Shown here in pieces: positions 59,286 to 64,000 of a DNA stretch of 64,000 nt (its first letter is position 1; each line of letters starts with the position of its first letter). Position numbers and translations under genes: made by a program. The stretch lies in NCBI RefSeq assembly GCF_009914755.1, contig NC_060944.1; one strand, 5' to 3'. This DNA is from the human T2T-CHM13v2.0 reference genome, Homo sapiens. The notes beneath the pieces are model-generated. The model was not told the origin of the DNA and ran no database searches. It was given only the letters and a program-made list of their open reading frames with translations.

Positions 59286-60019
59286 ACACAAAACATGAAA
59301 CAAAAACAATATATACTATACTGCCTCTATTGAGAGATGTTTTAGCAATCTCCAGGTTTTCACAACCAAAAATGACCCTGAAGTAAAGAAACACTTGGGC
59401 AAGAGCACTTATTTGCCTCCCTAAGTATTTCCTAAAGATAGATCCATAGATGGGAGACTAAATGTTCCAAATTCATGAGCACTTTTAAAGATCTTGATCT
59501 TATTTGCTTTTAGCGGATTTGTTAATACCTACCCCATCCTCTTTCCTTCCCTCCATCTCTCTTCCTTTCCTCTTTCCTGCCCTCTAGCTTCTTCTTCCTC
59601 CCACTCCTCATGTATATAATATACATTATATACATATATGTCTTTTTTGATGGATCACCCTTTGCAATAGCATTATTTTCTTTTGGTTTGTGTTTCTTTG
59701 TAACAACACCACACTGCTTTAAATACTATTGGTTTCTGGAAAGCTTTGATACCTGTAACACCTTTTAAATCAGATCAAAGTATCATATTACACTACTGAA
59801 GAGACCATTCGAAGTCTTGATTGCTATTTTTTAAAAATGGAAGTATAATAAGGTTTGTGAATAGCCCTAAAATTGTGCTTAAGGTTTGCCTGAAGCTTAC
59901 AAATTTCGAAATGCTTCCAAAGATGTTAAATAATTGCACAAGTGTAGTGGAACATTATTTAAGCCTAAGTCCTTCCAGCACCAGCATGTGAAATGTGCAT
60001 TTTCCATCTCACTTGGTCC

Positions 60020-60190
60020 ATGCGACTTAGAGTGCATTCCATGAGCCAGTAATGTTGGCATCACCTGGAAGCTTGTTAGAAATGCAGAATCTCACACTGT
60101 ACCCAGACTTACTGAATCAAGCTGGCATTTTTACAAGATTCCAAGATGATGCATATAAGTAGTAAAATTCAATACTTAAAGCCCTCTGTG
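60020..60190 (+). mobile_element. MER5A
   Basis: gcatcacctggaagcttgttagaaatgcagaatctc...cccagacttactgaatca. Confidence 0.7.
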
Positions 60191-62717
60191 GTTGCCAATT
60201 CTGTGTGCATTAAAAACCTCTGGAGATATTTCCAAAATGTAGAACAGGGATAAAGTGTGGATTTTTGGTGAGGCCAGGCAGGTAGATAGGATTCCACTAT
60301 GACCAGGGAGAAAGTCCACACACAGGGAAGAGCTGAGGATGTCTAGATGCTAAATGTAGTATAGTACCTAGTAATAACTAATACAGTAGTCCAAAGAAGC
60401 AGGGAAGATTCCAACCTAGAACCCATGGTCAAGTCAGAAGGAGGGAATATGACCCAAGAGAAGCGATTATGGGGAGGGAAATTGCCTTCTGAATATCTAT
60501 CCATTTTCTGGTTGTTTGTGGTTGCTAACGAGATTGAAACATTCTCCTCTGAGTTCTGCACAATCAAGCAGCCTGCATGAGACTGGATCCTTATCATAAA
60601 AAATCTCCATATTTTCCTTTCCACCTTGCATCCTTCATTCACAGGTAATCCTTGCAAATTCTAACTCATCTAAAAGATAAATTCCCAATGAAAGGAATTA
60701 GGACAGCATAGTTAGTCTTCCTATATTATAGATGTGAAAACAAAAACACCAGAATTTTATTAGCTTCCTAATTTTAATAGAAAACTAGGCTATAAGGTTG
60801 ACCCTAGTTTCTGAATTTATTGATCAAAATTCCAGGTACTTACGGTGAGTATACACTAGCAATCTTTTTTGAAGTTTAGAGTTTATATCAAACCAATATT
60901 CCTACAGCCTCTCATCACCAAGTAACCTTCAAAAGTGCTGTTCAAAATAACAATATTAGTTGGGTTGTTTTGGGCACATTGCATTGAATATAATTTTGAT
61001 GGCATAATACTGCACCAAGTAAATGGCACAACTGAATTAAAATAATAAGCTGTGAGTGTGAATTGTGTTTGGCAATGGTAAGCTATAACAGCTCATGTGT
61101 TGATATATCATTAGTTTAAAATGATTAATTTTGCATTCCCTAAGGTAAAATGGCAAAATGATGCTGTATACAAACTCTTTATTTTTTACACCTACAGTTT
61201 GTACAAAGATTGAAAATATCAAGACAGGTGACCAGCAGAAGTTCAATGAGAAAACAGGACAAAACTTTACACTCTATTATTTGAAAAATGGCAATGCTAG
61301 AAGTGATTGCTAGAATACTAGAATGGCAATGCTAGATCCCGCCATAGCCTAGTGCTCCTAACCCACCCCAAAACATGGTGGAGGAATGAAGTTTTGTGGG
61401 AAAAAAATATTTAGAAATGTGCTCAAATTTTGAGAAGACTGAATAAGAAAGATGTGTAGGTAGTCCAGAAATAAATGAAACATCTGTGAAAATAAATGCT
61501 CCATCCACCCACTTTGAGGTCTCTACAGAGACAAAAAAAAATCTATCAATCTTTGCCATTTTGTTTCTCTCCTGCTGGGAGGAAAGGAGAAATAGGAGCC
61601 TAAATTACCCTAAACTGATTATTTCCAAATGTGAATAGGAAGCTAGCAGGGTAGAAAACTAAAGGGGAAATAAATATGCCAGAGGTGGGTAATCAGAACT
61701 CTGGGACAACTTTCCTTCACACTCTGGAAAACTCACAGTTCTCACCTGTACTTTCCCTACATATGTTGGAAGGATGTGAAATGGACTTAGAGAGAAGCGA
61801 GGGATACTGGGGAAGGGAACAACTGCAGCTCTTTGATGAAAGCAAAGGCCCTGAGGCCTGGTTTGAATTGGGAAAGGGATCTGAACTGTGCAGCTATCTA
61901 TATATATCTCCTAGACCAGATTGAATGAACCTTGGCTCATAAAAGTTACAATTTCAAAAGAGAGAATAGAAACTAGAGTCTCCTACCCCCAACCCACTAA
62001 GCTATAGAAAAGTCCTCAATACACAGCCCTCCAACTGAAGGTCTGAGGGCAAGAGAAACCGGCCTCAGGGATCCAAGGAAAATTCACCAACATCATTTAA
62101 GAATAAATTGAAAGTTTTGATATAGGTTGAATTTGATCTCACTTGCAAAAATGATGAAAAAAGTCATAAATGAAAATAAAAGCCAATAGTCTATAAACAC
62201 TTTAAAATCAAGACGTTCATCCCTAAAATACGAGTAGCTAAGAATTAATAAATCTATTACTATGACATATGCTACAATAAGAGTAAAATATGTATTGTAT
62301 ACATTATATACTATAAATAAACATGATACAAGTCAATATTAAATAGTAACAAAATAAGTCAATCAATTAAAGGAGAAAATTAAGCAAATTCAATGCCCAT
62401 TTTTTGGAAAACCAAACAAAATTGCCTTATAACATACTTGACTATTACAAAATGATTTTAAAATGTATCAACCAATGCCAGGATTTTGCAAGGTAATATT
62501 TGTTAATTTAGGGGAACTTCATGTCTAGACGTTCTCCCTATTTGGGAAAATTTTCCTATTGAGTTAGTCAGTGAAAAGTTCCATCCTTTCTCCCACATCA
62601 GAAATCCAGGGAATGAGATGTTCATTCCTTTTGCCGGTAGGTAGAGAGATTGCAGGTATATAGCCTAAGCTTAGCATTTTTTACACTTTTATCTAGGAAT
62701 TTAAACCGTGAACCAGA

Positions 62718-63023
62718 GGCTGGGGCTGGGGCTCACACCTGTAATCCCAACACTTAGGGAGGCTCAGCCAGTTGGATAACTTGAGGTCAGGAATTAAAGA
62801 CCAGCCTGGCCAATATGATGAAACCCCATCTCTACTAAAAACACCAAAATTAGCTGGGTGTGGTGCCGTGCGCCTGTAATTCAAGCTGCTCAAGAGGCTA
62901 GGGCATGAGAATCGCTTGAATCCAGAAGGTAGAGTTTGTAGTGAGCCAAGATGGTGCCACTGCACTCCAACTTGGGGACAGAGTGAGACTCTGAAATAAA
63001 TAAATAAATAAATAAATAAACAA
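62718..63023 (+). mobile_element. AluS (Sz-like) with (TAAA)n tail
   Basis: TSD taaaccgtgaaccaga / taaaccacgagcaaga. Confidence 0.9.
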
Positions 63024-63324
63024 TAAACCACGAGCAAGAGACAAACAGGAAAAAAAAAAAGAATGAACAATTATTTATTTTGGAAGAAACATCTGAGATG
63101 GTAGGTAGTGTCAAAGATAGCAGTGCCCAGTGGTGGAGGTCTCAGAAATGGTATAAAAGTCAGACAAATCTTGGTTTTGCATTCTCCAAGTCTGGTTTTT
63201 TAGCCTCTGCTGACTGCTGGAACTACTTGATAATCTTCCAAAAATTACTTCTTGACTAAGGTCACCAAGGCCAGTTTTTGTGGCTTGCACCTGGACTCTT
63301 GGCTGGCACTGGGACATGCTGCTT

Positions 63325-63960
63325 AATGGTGGGAAAACAATTAATAATTCCCATTTAAGTCAGGAAAAATACAAGATTGTATATCACCATTACTATTTTT
63401 AGCATTGTCCTGGAAGTAAAATGTAATTATACAAGAAGATTATGTTTGGTTTACATATTGAAAAGAAGGCAGAAAATTTATCATTATTTGTAGACCATCC
63501 TATTATCTACCCAGAAGATCTAGGAAAAAGAGAGGAACAAACAAAATATATCATAAGCAATAAGATAATTCAGAGAGGTTGCTGGTTACAAAATTAAAAT
63601 GCAAAAATTAAAGTTCTCTAGCCACACATAGTAGCCAGCATATTTAGGACAGCAAAACAAATATACCTGTGGCCTGAGAAGATCATGTTCAGAGGTGAGC
63701 AATGCAGACACTAGTATGCTCTGTCTTATTGGGGAAGTTTCTATTGGTAAGAAATAAGAGGAGGTGATATACTGGGGGACGATCTGCTCTAACAAGCTTG
63801 AAAATATAATTGAAGTATAGATCTCATTTAAAAGAGAAACTTAGTTTTAAACTATAAGTAAACTTAATAGGATGCATAAAGTATTCTATTCTGAATAGAA
63901 TGCATAAAAGTTATATTATGTGAAAATGCAGAAGAAATAGTGGAAAGTTTGCTAGAAATA
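63325..63960 (+). mobile_element. Ancient L1M ORF2 fragment
   Basis: ccattactatttttagcattgtcctggaagt...gaggttgctggttacaaaattaa. Confidence 0.55.
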
Positions 63961-64000
63961 ATTGTCTTAATCCTCAGGTAGCATCCTCTAGAAGCACTAA

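Overview
Primate (human-like), AT-rich, repeat-dense DNA. No recognisable protein-coding gene, tRNA, rRNA or CRISPR array was found. More than half of the window is interspersed repeat: Alu (J/S/Y), L1 of several ages, MaLR LTRs (MST, MLT1, a complete THE1 provirus), ERV1/ERVL LTRs (MER50, MER4/MER39 group, MER52D, MER21, MLT2A1, LTR16) and DNA transposons (full-length Tigger1, MER82, MER1B, MER58A, MER33, MER5A). A near full-length U3 snoRNA retrocopy (45841-46043, minus) sits next to a ~510-bp CCTT/GGAA tract, probably its expanded tail. The most unusual observations are: (i) a deletion junction patched by two locally templated segments joined through microhomology, which creates a ~260-bp inverted duplication (39557-39842 vs 41050-41071 and 41436-41690); (ii) a candidate minus-strand spliced transcript in a repeat-free island, which could encode a 77-aa small ORF (36302 to ~35270); (iii) a MER52D LTR with four clustered CCAAT boxes; (iv) a twin-primed L1PA3 with a perfect 19-bp TSD; (v) several fold-back or templated micro-duplications. 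Repeat subfamily names come from recalled consensus sequences and need RepeatMasker/Dfam confirmation. I see no evidence for a wholly new multi-gene system.
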